This document shows, piece after piece, positions 16,414 through 24,523 of a stretch of DNA of 32,000 bases. This DNA is from Bellilinea caldifistulae (lineage in GTDB: Bacteria > Chloroflexota > Anaerolineae > Anaerolineales > Anaerolineaceae). The stretch lies in the NCBI RefSeq assembly GCF_001306055.1, contig NZ_LGHJ01000024.1:30001-62000 (forward strand). Reading direction: 5' to 3'. The notes beneath the pieces were generated by a model. That model was not told the origin of the DNA. It did not search any database and saw only the letters and a program-made list of their open reading frames with translations. Each line of letters begins with the position of its first letter. Positions within the stretch are counted from its first letter, which is position 1. The translations under genes were made by a program, and so were the position numbers.

Positions 16414-17393
16414 TGTACACGGTATTGCTTTCTGCACCGTACATGCTGCCGGTGGTGGAGCGCTTCCGCCCCTTGTTCGATCACTACGGGTTGACGGTTA
16501 TCGTTCCGCCAGTTCATGAACGGCTTTCCGAGCAGGAAATTCTGGCGTATGCCGGCCGGTTCGATGCCACGATTTGCGGCGATGACCGCTATACCGAGCG
16601 GGTGCTGCAAGCCTGCGCCCCGCGATTGAAGGTGATTTCCAAATGGGGGACGGGGATTGACTCGATTGACCGGGCTGCAGCAGCCCGGCTGGGCATTCAG
16701 GTGCGCAATACGCCGAATGCCTTTACGCTGCCGGTTTCAGACAGCGTGCTGGGCTACATTCTCGCCTTTGCCCGTCAGCTGCCGTGGATGGATCGCGCCA
16801 TGAAGGATGGCCGGTGGGAAAAACTGCCAGGCCGTTCGTTGAGTGAATGTACGCTGGGAGTGGTGGGGGTCGGAAATGTCGGCAAGGCGGTGCTGCGGCG
16901 GGCGCGGGCGTTTGGGATGCGCCTGCTGGGTAACGATATTGTGCCGATTGCGCCGGATTTCGTCCTCGAAAACGGAGTGGAGATGACCGGTCTGCGTGAT
17001 TTGCTGGAACGCTCCGACTTTATCAGCCTGAACTGCGATTTGAACCCGACCAGCTATCATCTGATCAACGCTGAGACGCTGGGATGGGTCAAACCCGGAG
17101 CGGTATTAATCAACACAGCGCGCGGGCCGGTGGTGGACGAGCCCGCGCTGATTGCCGCCCTTCAAGAAGGACGGTTGGCCGGCGCGGCGCTGGATGTTTT
17201 TGAGGTGGAACCGCTGCCGCTTGATTCGCCTCTGTTGAAGATGGACAATGTTCTGCTGGCAGCGCATAATTCCAATTCCAGCCCGGCAGCATGGGAGCGC
17301 GTTCACTGGAACACCATCCGCAATCTGCTGGATGGTTTGGGCCTGGATGTGAGCGGTTTGGAAGAGTGGAGAAAACGTTTGGGCAGAGATTGA
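16413..17393 (+). CDS. D-isomer-specific 2-hydroxyacid dehydrogenase (phosphoglycerate/glycerate dehydrogenase-like)
   Basis: LGVVGVGNVGKAVLRRARAFGM (GxGxxG), INTARGPVVDE and the LLAAHNS catalytic His region. Its start shares 1 nt with the upstream stop (TGATG). Confidence 0.85.
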   Translation: MYTVLLSAPYMLPVVERFRPLFDHYGLTVIVPPVHERLSEQEILAYAGRFDATICGDDRYTERVLQACAPRLKVISKWGTGIDSIDRAAAARLGIQVRNTPNAFTLPVSDSVLGYILAFARQLPWMDRAMKDGRWEKLPGRSLSECTLGVVGVGNVGKAVLRRARAFGMRLLGNDIVPIAPDFVLENGVEMTGLRDLLERSDFISLNCDLNPTSYHLINAETLGWVKPGAVLINTARGPVVDEPALIAALQEGRLAGAALDVFEVEPLPLDSPLLKMDNVLLAAHNSNSSPAAWERVHWNTIRNLLDGLGLDVSGLEEWRKRLGRD

Positions 17394-17409
17394 GGATGAG
17401 TCCTTTAGT

Positions 17410-19059
17410 ATGAGCCAAAAATTGGAACGAAGATTATTGATCTTGATTTTGACGGCGTATGGGGTGTATGCGGTTGTCTTTATCGCAAAGACCATCTTTT
17501 GGGTGGATGGAATCCCCTATTCAGCGCTTTTCGACGATATGATGATTTCAATGACCTATGCCCGCAATCTGGCACAGGGGTATGGACTGGTGTGGAATCC
17601 CGGCGGTGAACGGGTAGAAGGCTTCAGCAATCCGTTGTGGGTGGCGTTTATGGCGTTGTTTCATTTGCTGCCCATCCCGGAAAACTGGATCAGTCTGGCG
17701 GTGCAAATCAGCGGCGGGGTCTTTTTCCTCGCCAGTTTGCTGGTGCTGCGGCGGGTGGCTGAACAGGTTTCCGCCCGGCAGGCACGGGTTGTTTTGCTGG
17801 CGGTGCTGTTGACCGCTTTTTACTACCCACTCAGCAACTGGTCGCTGTTGGGGTTGGAGGTCAGTGTGTTGCTGCTGATGGTCAACCTCTCCATGTTTCT
17901 CGCCTTGCGCACACTGGAGAGCGGGCAATTTTCGCGCCGGCTGTACCTGCTGATGGGGCTGGCTACGCTGGTGCGGGTGGATGCAGCCGTCACTTACCTG
18001 ACCGTGTGGGGATTGCTGGTGTGGTTTGACCGTGCCAACCGCCGCCGTCACTTAATTGAAGGCAGTCTCTTCTTGCTGCTATTTGTGGGTGGTCAGACGC
18101 TGGCGCGCAAACTGTACTACGGCGAATGGGTGCCGAACACCTACATTCTCAAGGTGGAAGGGCTGCCGCTTTGGGCGCGCTTGCGTCGCGGATTGCAGGT
18201 GACCTGGAACTTCGTGCGCGGCTTTTCTCCATTACTGATGATCTTTCCCTTCACGGTCTTTCTTTTCCGCCGTGACCGGAAAGTGTTGCTGGTGGCACTG
18301 GTCTTTATGGCGCAGGTAGCGTACAGCATCTACGTCGGCGGGGATGCCTGGGAGCACCGTGGCGGGGCGAACCGCTTTGTGGCGTTGGGAATGCCGGCCG
18401 TGTTTGTCCTCTTCTCGCTGGCGGCGTGGGAGTGGTATGACCGGCTTGGCGACTGGTTGCACCAACGCGGTGGGGCTTTGGCGCGCGGTCTGATCCGGCT
18501 GATGCCGGTCGGGCTGGCCGCTTTCATCCTGCTGAGCATGCTTCTTTGGAACCGAATGCCGGGGAATTATGGGATTATTACCAGCCTGAGGCGGATTGAT
18601 GAAGGTGAGTTGCGTTTTTTCCTGCTGCTGGATCGCTCCATTTACGTGCCGGGTAATGAGCGATACACCCGTGATGCGATCATCATCCGCCGGCTGACTC
18701 AGCCGGATGCCAGTGTGGCGATGGTAGCTGCCGGCAATATCTGCTACTTCTCCCATCGCTACTGCATTGATTTACTGGGCAAGAGTGACCCGGTGATTGC
18801 CCGTGGTGGCATTCAGGTGCCGCCAGATGCGGACTGGCGCGAATTGCAGCCGGGGCATATCAAGTTCAACTATCAGTATTCCATTGGAACACTCAAACCC
18901 GATGTGGTGGTTGAAATCCGCCGCAGTACGGGGGATATTGCCGAAAAGTATCTGGATGATGAATACCTCATGGCAAAAGTGAACACCCATCCGATGTACT
19001 TCCGCAAAGACTCCAACAAAATAGATTGGGTACAATTAGAATATGTCCGAGAAGATTGA
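17410..19059 (+). CDS. Polytopic membrane protein, GT-C-fold glycosyltransferase-like, with C-terminal soluble domain
   Basis: Many predicted TM helices across the N-terminal ~400 aa. An acidic DD motif sits in the first loop (SALFDDMMISMTYARNL), as in GT-C enzymes. The C-terminal ~150 aa are hydrophilic. Confidence 0.5.
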   Translation: MSQKLERRLLILILTAYGVYAVVFIAKTIFWVDGIPYSALFDDMMISMTYARNLAQGYGLVWNPGGERVEGFSNPLWVAFMALFHLLPIPENWISLAVQISGGVFFLASLLVLRRVAEQVSARQARVVLLAVLLTAFYYPLSNWSLLGLEVSVLLLMVNLSMFLALRTLESGQFSRRLYLLMGLATLVRVDAAVTYLTVWGLLVWFDRANRRRHLIEGSLFLLLFVGGQTLARKLYYGEWVPNTYILKVEGLPLWARLRRGLQVTWNFVRGFSPLLMIFPFTVFLFRRDRKVLLVALVFMAQVAYSIYVGGDAWEHRGGANRFVALGMPAVFVLFSLAAWEWYDRLGDWLHQRGGALARGLIRLMPVGLAAFILLSMLLWNRMPGNYGIITSLRRIDEGELRFFLLLDRSIYVPGNERYTRDAIIIRRLTQPDASVAMVAAGNICYFSHRYCIDLLGKSDPVIARGGIQVPPDADWRELQPGHIKFNYQYSIGTLKPDVVVEIRRSTGDIAEKYLDDEYLMAKVNTHPMYFRKDSNKIDWVQLEYVRED

Positions 19060-19813
19060 AAACCGAATTGTGTTGATTACCGGCGCTGCCGGTGGGATTG
19101 GAAGGGCAACGGTCAGTTTGTTCGTCGAGCGCGGCTGGCGGGTGATTGGGGTTGACCGGCAATCCTTTGGTGAGGATTTTCCGGTTGAGGGATTGTTCAT
19201 CCAGGCGGATATTTCCGAACCAGCCCAGCTGGAGGGTATCTACGAAAAAACGCGCGCCTACACCGGCCAGTTGAATGCCGTCATTCACAACGCTGCCCTG
19301 CAAATTGCCAAACCGCTAATCGAAACTACCGCCGAGGAATGGGATGCGGTGATGGCATCGAACCTGCGTTCGGTGTTTCTGGGGGCAAAACTGGCCTATC
19401 CGCTGCTCAAAGCAGCCGGCGGCGGGGCAATTGTCAATGTTTCCTCGGTTCATGCGGTTGCCACTTCCGCCAACATTGCTGCATATGCAGCCAGCAAGGG
19501 CGGTCTGCTGGCCCTGACCCGTGCCATGGCGATTGAATTTGCTCCCGACAACATCCGAGTCAATGCCATTTTGCCGGGTGCGGTGGATACCCCCATGCTG
19601 CGCGCCGGTTTGAACCGCGGACATGTCGGCGGGGAAACGATTTACGACCGCCTTGAAAATCTGGCACGCAAGACGGTCAACGGACGGATCGGCAAGCCCG
19701 AAGAAATTGCCCACGCCATTTATTTCCTGGCTGATGACACCCAGTCTTCGTTTATGACCGGTCAGGCGTTGATTGTGGATGGCGGGGCGACAGCGAGGCT
19801 CAGCACCGAATGA
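19043..19813 (+). CDS. Classical short-chain dehydrogenase/reductase (SDR)
   Basis: IVLITGAAGGIGRAT, NAAL, SSVHA and YAASKGG (YxxxK). The start overlaps the upstream gene by 17 nt. Confidence 0.85.
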   Translation: MSEKIENRIVLITGAAGGIGRATVSLFVERGWRVIGVDRQSFGEDFPVEGLFIQADISEPAQLEGIYEKTRAYTGQLNAVIHNAALQIAKPLIETTAEEWDAVMASNLRSVFLGAKLAYPLLKAAGGGAIVNVSSVHAVATSANIAAYAASKGGLLALTRAMAIEFAPDNIRVNAILPGAVDTPMLRAGLNRGHVGGETIYDRLENLARKTVNGRIGKPEEIAHAIYFLADDTQSSFMTGQALIVDGGATARLSTE

Positions 19814-20622
19814 GCGGATGGCGTGAGACGCTTAAGAAAATCTTGCCGCCGAGCGCGGTTGACCTGCTGCGTGAGGCGCGCGACGGCCTGGTGCGGCTGG
19901 GCGACTTGCCGGATGCTTACGGCCATCCTTGGCGGCGAGACACGATTCGCCGGCTGCCGGCCCTGAGGAACAGTCAGCGCGGCAAACGCTGTTTCATCCT
20001 TGGTAACGGCCCGAGTCTGGCCAGAACCGATCTGACCCGCCTGCGGGATGAATACACCATCGGCCTCAACCGCATTTATCTGGCTTTTCCGCAGATGGGC
20101 TTTGAGACCAGTTACTACCTCTCGATCAACGATCTGGTCATCGAGCAATGCGCCGAGGAGATCAAAACGCTCAAAATGCCGCGCTTCGTTTCGTGGCGGG
20201 CGCACCGCTGGCTGCAACCGGACGATAATCTTTACTTTCTCTACACCACCTACACCGGACCAAGGTTCGCCCGTGATCTGACCGGCCGGGTCTGGGAAGG
20301 GGCAACCGTGACCTACGTCGCTTTGCAGGTGGCGTTTTACCTCGGCTTTGAGACGGTGATTTTGATTGGGGTGGATCACAACTTCACCACCCAGGGCAAA
20401 CCCAACACGACCGTGGTTTCGCAGGGAGATGACCCCAATCACTTTCACCCCGGCTACTTTGGTAAGGGATTCCGCTGGCAGCTGCCGGATCTGGAAACAT
20501 CCGAACGGGCTTATCGCATGGCGCGTGCCGCTTACGAAGCCGAGGGCCGACGTGTGCTGGATGCAACCATCGGCGGAAAATTAACCGTTTTTCCCAAAGT
20601 GGATTACGACTCGCTATTCTGA
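19810..20622 (+). CDS. DUF115/Maf-like or GT42 (Cst-II)-like putative nonulosonic-acid transferase
   Basis: CFILGNGPSLARTDLTRLRDEYTIGLNRIY (GNGPSL codons at 20002-20019) parallels the Cst-II N-terminus IIAGNGPSLKEIDYSRL...FRCNQFY. TYVALQVAFYLGFETVILIGVDHNF parallels SGVYMCAVAIALGYKEIYLSGIDFY. Downstream His residues are present (NHFHPGYFG). Confidence 0.5.
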   Translation: MSGWRETLKKILPPSAVDLLREARDGLVRLGDLPDAYGHPWRRDTIRRLPALRNSQRGKRCFILGNGPSLARTDLTRLRDEYTIGLNRIYLAFPQMGFETSYYLSINDLVIEQCAEEIKTLKMPRFVSWRAHRWLQPDDNLYFLYTTYTGPRFARDLTGRVWEGATVTYVALQVAFYLGFETVILIGVDHNFTTQGKPNTTVVSQGDDPNHFHPGYFGKGFRWQLPDLETSERAYRMARAAYEAEGRRVLDATIGGKLTVFPKVDYDSLF

Positions 20623-21569
20623 TGAGCGCACCGCTGGTTTCGATTATTACCCCATCCTTCAATCAGGCGGCTTTTCTGGAACAGACGATCCGTTCGGTGC
20701 TGGAACAAACCTACCCGCAGATCGAGTACATGGTGGTGGATGGCGGTTCGACGGATGGCAGCCGTGAAATCATCGAAAAGTACGCCGACCGGCTGGCGTG
20801 GTGGGTTTCGGAGAAGGACGCCGGGCAGGCAGATGGAATCAACAAGGGCCTGCGCCGCGCCCAAGGGGAGATTGTGGCGTGGCTCAATTCGGATGATTAT
20901 TACCTGCCGGCTGCGGTGGGGCAGGCGGTGGAGGTGTTTCGTCATCACCCGCAGGCCGGGCTGGTGTTCAGTGATGTTGAGTCGGTAGATGGGGAGGGTA
21001 ACCGGTTCAACATCATGCGCTTTGGTGAGTGGGGGTTGACCGATTTAATGGCGTTTCGGATCATCAGCCAACCGGGCGTGTTCATGCGCCGCAGTGTGCT
21101 GGAACAAGCCGGTTACCTCGATCCGAATTACCACTACTTGCTCGATCATCACCTCTGGTTGCGGATGGCGGTCATCGCTCCGCTGCATTATGCCCGGGGG
21201 GCGCGTTGGGCGGCAGCGCGCTTTCACCCGGCCGCCAAAAATGTGGCCCAGGCGGCTGGTTTTGGCAACGAAGCCTTACGGCTGGCGGCGTGGATGGAGA
21301 GCGATCCGCGCTTCAAGGAGCATCTGCCGTCCGTCCAAAGGCGCATGTGGGCCGGCGCCTACCGCTTAGACGCCTTCTACCGGTTGGATGCCGGCGACCG
21401 GCGCGCTGCACTGGCGGCATACGCTCAAGCCTTTCGCTATCATCCACCCACGGTACTGCGCGATTGGCGCAGGCTGCTGTATGCCCTGCTCAGCCCGTTG
21501 GGGCTGGAAGGCCTGCGGCAGGCTTACCTGCGGCGTCGCAGCCGGCGTTTTCAGCAGCGGGGGCATTGA
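20622..21569 (+). CDS. Glycosyltransferase family 2 (paralog 1)
   Basis: [42 protein letters not shown]...WLNSDDYY. Confidence 0.85.
   Translation: MSAPLVSIITPSFNQAAFLEQTIRSVLEQTYPQIEYMVVDGGSTDGSREIIEKYADRLAWWVSEKDAGQADGINKGLRRAQGEIVAWLNSDDYYLPAAVGQAVEVFRHHPQAGLVFSDVESVDGEGNRFNIMRFGEWGLTDLMAFRIISQPGVFMRRSVLEQAGYLDPNYHYLLDHHLWLRMAVIAPLHYARGARWAAARFHPAAKNVAQAAGFGNEALRLAAWMESDPRFKEHLPSVQRRMWAGAYRLDAFYRLDAGDRRAALAAYAQAFRYHPPTVLRDWRRLLYALLSPLGLEGLRQAYLRRRSRRFQQRGH
20725..20819 (+). repeat. Near-identical nucleotide tract shared with 24617-24711 (copy 1)
   Basis: Hand alignment gives about 95 nt with 4 mismatches, including a 47-nt perfect run (20770-20816 = 24662-24708). Flanking codons of the two GT2 genes are much more diverged. 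Confidence 0.8.
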
Positions 21570-21572
21570 ACC

Positions 21573-23114
21573 ATGGACGAAAATGGATTACCCCACACCG
21601 CCGGCAGACCAGGCCTGTTTGTTCAGCCGCGCTGGCTGAGCGGTGTGCTGCTGGTGTTGCTGCTGGTGGGCGGGGCGGCTTTTCGCCTGTATGACCTGAC
21701 CGACCCGCCGCTGGATTTTCACCCCACCCGGCAGGTGCGTTCTTTGATCATTGCGCGCGGTATGTACTTGCAACAATTGCCCGATGTGCCGGAACAACAG
21801 CGCGAGTATGCTGTACGTCAATGGCGGGCGCAGGATGTGATCGAACCGCCGATCATGGAGTCGCTGGTTGCCTTTACCTACCGCTTATCCGGCGCTGAAA
21901 TCGTCTGGGCGGGAAGGGCTTTTTCAATCTTCTTCTGGATGCTGGGCGGGCTGGGTTTGTGGCTGCTTGGTCGCCGTTTGATCCATGTGGATGTCGGTCT
22001 GTTGGCTCTGATGCTGTATTTGGGCTGGCCGTACGCCATTCTGGCTTCGCGTTCCTTTCAGCCAGACCCGTTGATGACCGCCGCCATTATCTGGGCTTTG
22101 TGGGGTGCCGCTGAGTGGCAAACTAGACCCGCCTGGGGCAGGGCAGTTCTGGCGGGTTTACTGGCCGGTCTCGCCCTGTTGATCAAGTGGACGGCCGTCT
22201 TTTTTATCGCCGGCGGCTGGCTGGGGCTACTGCTGGCCGATGGCGGGTTGCGCCGCTTGTGGCGGGATCGTCAGTTGTGGGTCATCGGCGGGCTGGCGGT
22301 TTTGCCGGGGCTGATATACGCGCTCTATTCAGCGATGGTGTTGAACAGCCTGCAAGGGCAGTTGAGCCTGCGTTTTTTTCCGCAAATGTGGCTGGATGCG
22401 GCTTTTTACCTGCGCTGGTGGACACGCTTAAACGCCGTGTTGAACCTGCCGTGGCTGGTGTTAATGATTGCTGGAATTTTCTCGCTGTCAGCCGGGCGTG
22501 CCCGCTCGCTGTTACTCGGCTGGGCGGTCGGTTATGGGGTCTATGCGTTCATTTTTTCGTACTACGTCAGCACACACGACTATTATCACCTGCCGCTTAT
22601 CCCGCTGGCGGCGCTGGGTGCAGGCAGCGCACTGGCCGGGCTGTTGTCCATTTTGCAGGTTCACGCCGGCTGGCGGCGAGGCATGGCGGTGCTTGGGCTT
22701 GCTTTCATTTTTCTGGCCGAGGGCTGGTCGGCACGCACCCTGCTCAAACGGCAGGACTTTCGTCCGGTTGTGGAGCAGATTCAATCCATTGCGGCGCACT
22801 TTTCGCCGGAGGACAGTCTGGTCAGTCTTGCGCCCGATTACAGTTTACCGCTGGTCTATTGGGGTTGGCTGAACACGACTCACTGGTTTGGGGTGGGTGA
22901 TTTTGCCCTGCGAGAGGCAGCCGGGCAAAAGATGGATTTTGAAGAGTATTTTCAAAATCAGACCCGTGGGCGGGATTACTTTCTGGTGACCGATTTTGAG
23001 GAACTGGCGCGCCAGCCGCAGCTGGAAATGGAATTGAAAAATCACTATCCGCTGGTGCTGGAAGGGCCGGATTTTCGGGTGTATGATTTACGGCAGCGGA
23101 AAGAATCGCCATGA
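21573..23114 (+). CDS. GT-C-fold membrane glycosyltransferase, ArnT/PMT (GT39/GT83)-like
   Basis: About 12 hydrophobic segments. The first loop FRLYDLTDPPLDFHPTRQVRSLIIARGMY resembles PMT_2/ArnT-family N-termini. The C-terminal ~120 aa are soluble. Confidence 0.6.
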   Translation: MDENGLPHTAGRPGLFVQPRWLSGVLLVLLLVGGAAFRLYDLTDPPLDFHPTRQVRSLIIARGMYLQQLPDVPEQQREYAVRQWRAQDVIEPPIMESLVAFTYRLSGAEIVWAGRAFSIFFWMLGGLGLWLLGRRLIHVDVGLLALMLYLGWPYAILASRSFQPDPLMTAAIIWALWGAAEWQTRPAWGRAVLAGLLAGLALLIKWTAVFFIAGGWLGLLLADGGLRRLWRDRQLWVIGGLAVLPGLIYALYSAMVLNSLQGQLSLRFFPQMWLDAAFYLRWWTRLNAVLNLPWLVLMIAGIFSLSAGRARSLLLGWAVGYGVYAFIFSYYVSTHDYYHLPLIPLAALGAGSALAGLLSILQVHAGWRRGMAVLGLAFIFLAEGWSARTLLKRQDFRPVVEQIQSIAAHFSPEDSLVSLAPDYSLPLVYWGWLNTTHWFGVGDFALREAAGQKMDFEEYFQNQTRGRDYFLVTDFEELARQPQLEMELKNHYPLVLEGPDFRVYDLRQRKESP

Positions 23115-24514
23115 AATCGGTCTTCGAGCGGGTGGTTTTGATTGTAGTTTGCCTGGTGCTGCTTTGCGGTCTGGGAGCGACGGCATACGCCGGCACTTTC
23201 AGCCGTTACTGGGCGGATGACTACTGTTACGCGGCGGTGGTACAGCGGGATGGTCTGATCCGCGGCACGCTGTACTGGTATCAGAACGGCGGTAACCGCT
23301 TTGCGGCCTTCCTTGCCGTTGGGCTGATTGAGCGGCTAGGTCAGGCGTCGGTTGTGTTTTTACCGTCGGGGCTGCTGATCGCCTGGGCAGCGGCGGCCAG
23401 CTTTGCCTTGAACGCACTGGTGAAACTGGCGGGCTGGAAGGTACACCGTCTGTGGCTGGCAACTGCCTCGCTGGGCTGGGTATTTTTCCTGACCTATACT
23501 TCGCCTGACCGTTTGCAAACCCTCTACTGGCGCATGGGACTGCTGCACTACTCCCTGCCGCTGGTGCTGATCCTGATTCAGGCTGGGGTGGTGCTTGGCG
23601 GTCTGACTACCGGCAAGCCCGCCCGGCTGGTGTGGATCAGCGCTGCCAACGGCCTTTTGGCTCTGTTTTGCGCCGGCCTTTCGGAAACGGCGGCAGCGCT
23701 GCAAACGACCCTGTATTTGCTTTTGGCAGCCGGGCTGGTGATATGGGGCGGCGGCGGAAAGCGCAACGGGCTGGTGTTGTTGAGTGGCGGGCTGATGGCT
23801 TCGCTGCTTGCCCTGTTGATCATGGCGCTTTCTCCGGCCAACGAGTGGCGGCAGGCCTTATTACCCCCTCCGCCTTCGGCTGGCGCGTGGGGCGGTGCGC
23901 TCCTGCGTTACACCATTGATTTTGTGCGGGATACTTTACGTACTCTACCGCTGCCGTTGGGGATGTGGCTGGCGTTTTGTGGCGTGCTGGGTTATCTCCT
24001 GAATGGAAATAAGCCGAGAAATTCAGGGCTGGCGGGATGGGCGCTGCTGGCTGCCGGGATCATTGGCACGGCGGCGGCGATGGCGCCGAGTGTTTATGCC
24101 GGGCTGCAATACCCCGCTGGCCGGGCGTTGATGACCGCCCGTTTCCCGCTGATGAGCGGGTTGGGTCTGGCGGCCGCCGCGTGGGGCAACTGGCTGAAAG
24201 GCCGCTTGCCCTCTGCTTCCCACCAGTGGGTGAGCGCCGCCGGGCTGGTTGGGCTGCTGCTGGTTGGGGCTTATGTGCTGCGGGCCACCCAGCTGCCGCT
24301 CAAAGAGGCACAGATGCTGGCGGTCAAAGCCGCCCGCTGGGATGCACGTCAGGCTGAGATTTTATCTCAGCGCGCCGCGGGTTTACAGACCATTCGCGTT
24401 CGCGAGGTGGATGTCGTCAGCACGCTGGAAGACCTGACTCCCCAGCCTGAGCATTGGGTCAACGGCTGTGCCGCGGATTACTATCAGGTCGAGCAAATTA
24501 TTGCAGAGCGATAG
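23111..24514 (+). CDS. Polytopic membrane protein with N-terminal-loop DD motif (GT-C-like or polymerase-like)
   Basis: Highly hydrophobic 467-aa ORF. YWADDYCYAAV follows the first TM helix. ATGA overlap with the upstream GT-C gene. Confidence 0.45.
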   Translation: MKSVFERVVLIVVCLVLLCGLGATAYAGTFSRYWADDYCYAAVVQRDGLIRGTLYWYQNGGNRFAAFLAVGLIERLGQASVVFLPSGLLIAWAAAASFALNALVKLAGWKVHRLWLATASLGWVFFLTYTSPDRLQTLYWRMGLLHYSLPLVLILIQAGVVLGGLTTGKPARLVWISAANGLLALFCAGLSETAAALQTTLYLLLAAGLVIWGGGGKRNGLVLLSGGLMASLLALLIMALSPANEWRQALLPPPPSAGAWGGALLRYTIDFVRDTLRTLPLPLGMWLAFCGVLGYLLNGNKPRNSGLAGWALLAAGIIGTAAAMAPSVYAGLQYPAGRALMTARFPLMSGLGLAAAAWGNWLKGRLPSASHQWVSAAGLVGLLLVGAYVLRATQLPLKEAQMLAVKAARWDARQAEILSQRAAGLQTIRVREVDVVSTLEDLTPQPEHWVNGCAADYYQVEQIIAER

Positions 24515-24523
24515 AGAGGCAAG

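Noticed and set aside
21029-22900. Off-frame plus-strand ORFs 21029-21694 and 22187-22900 (221 and 237 aa)
   Set aside because: These are alternative frames of the GT2 and GT-C genes. The translations are Gly/Arg/Ala-rich low complexity with no start context.
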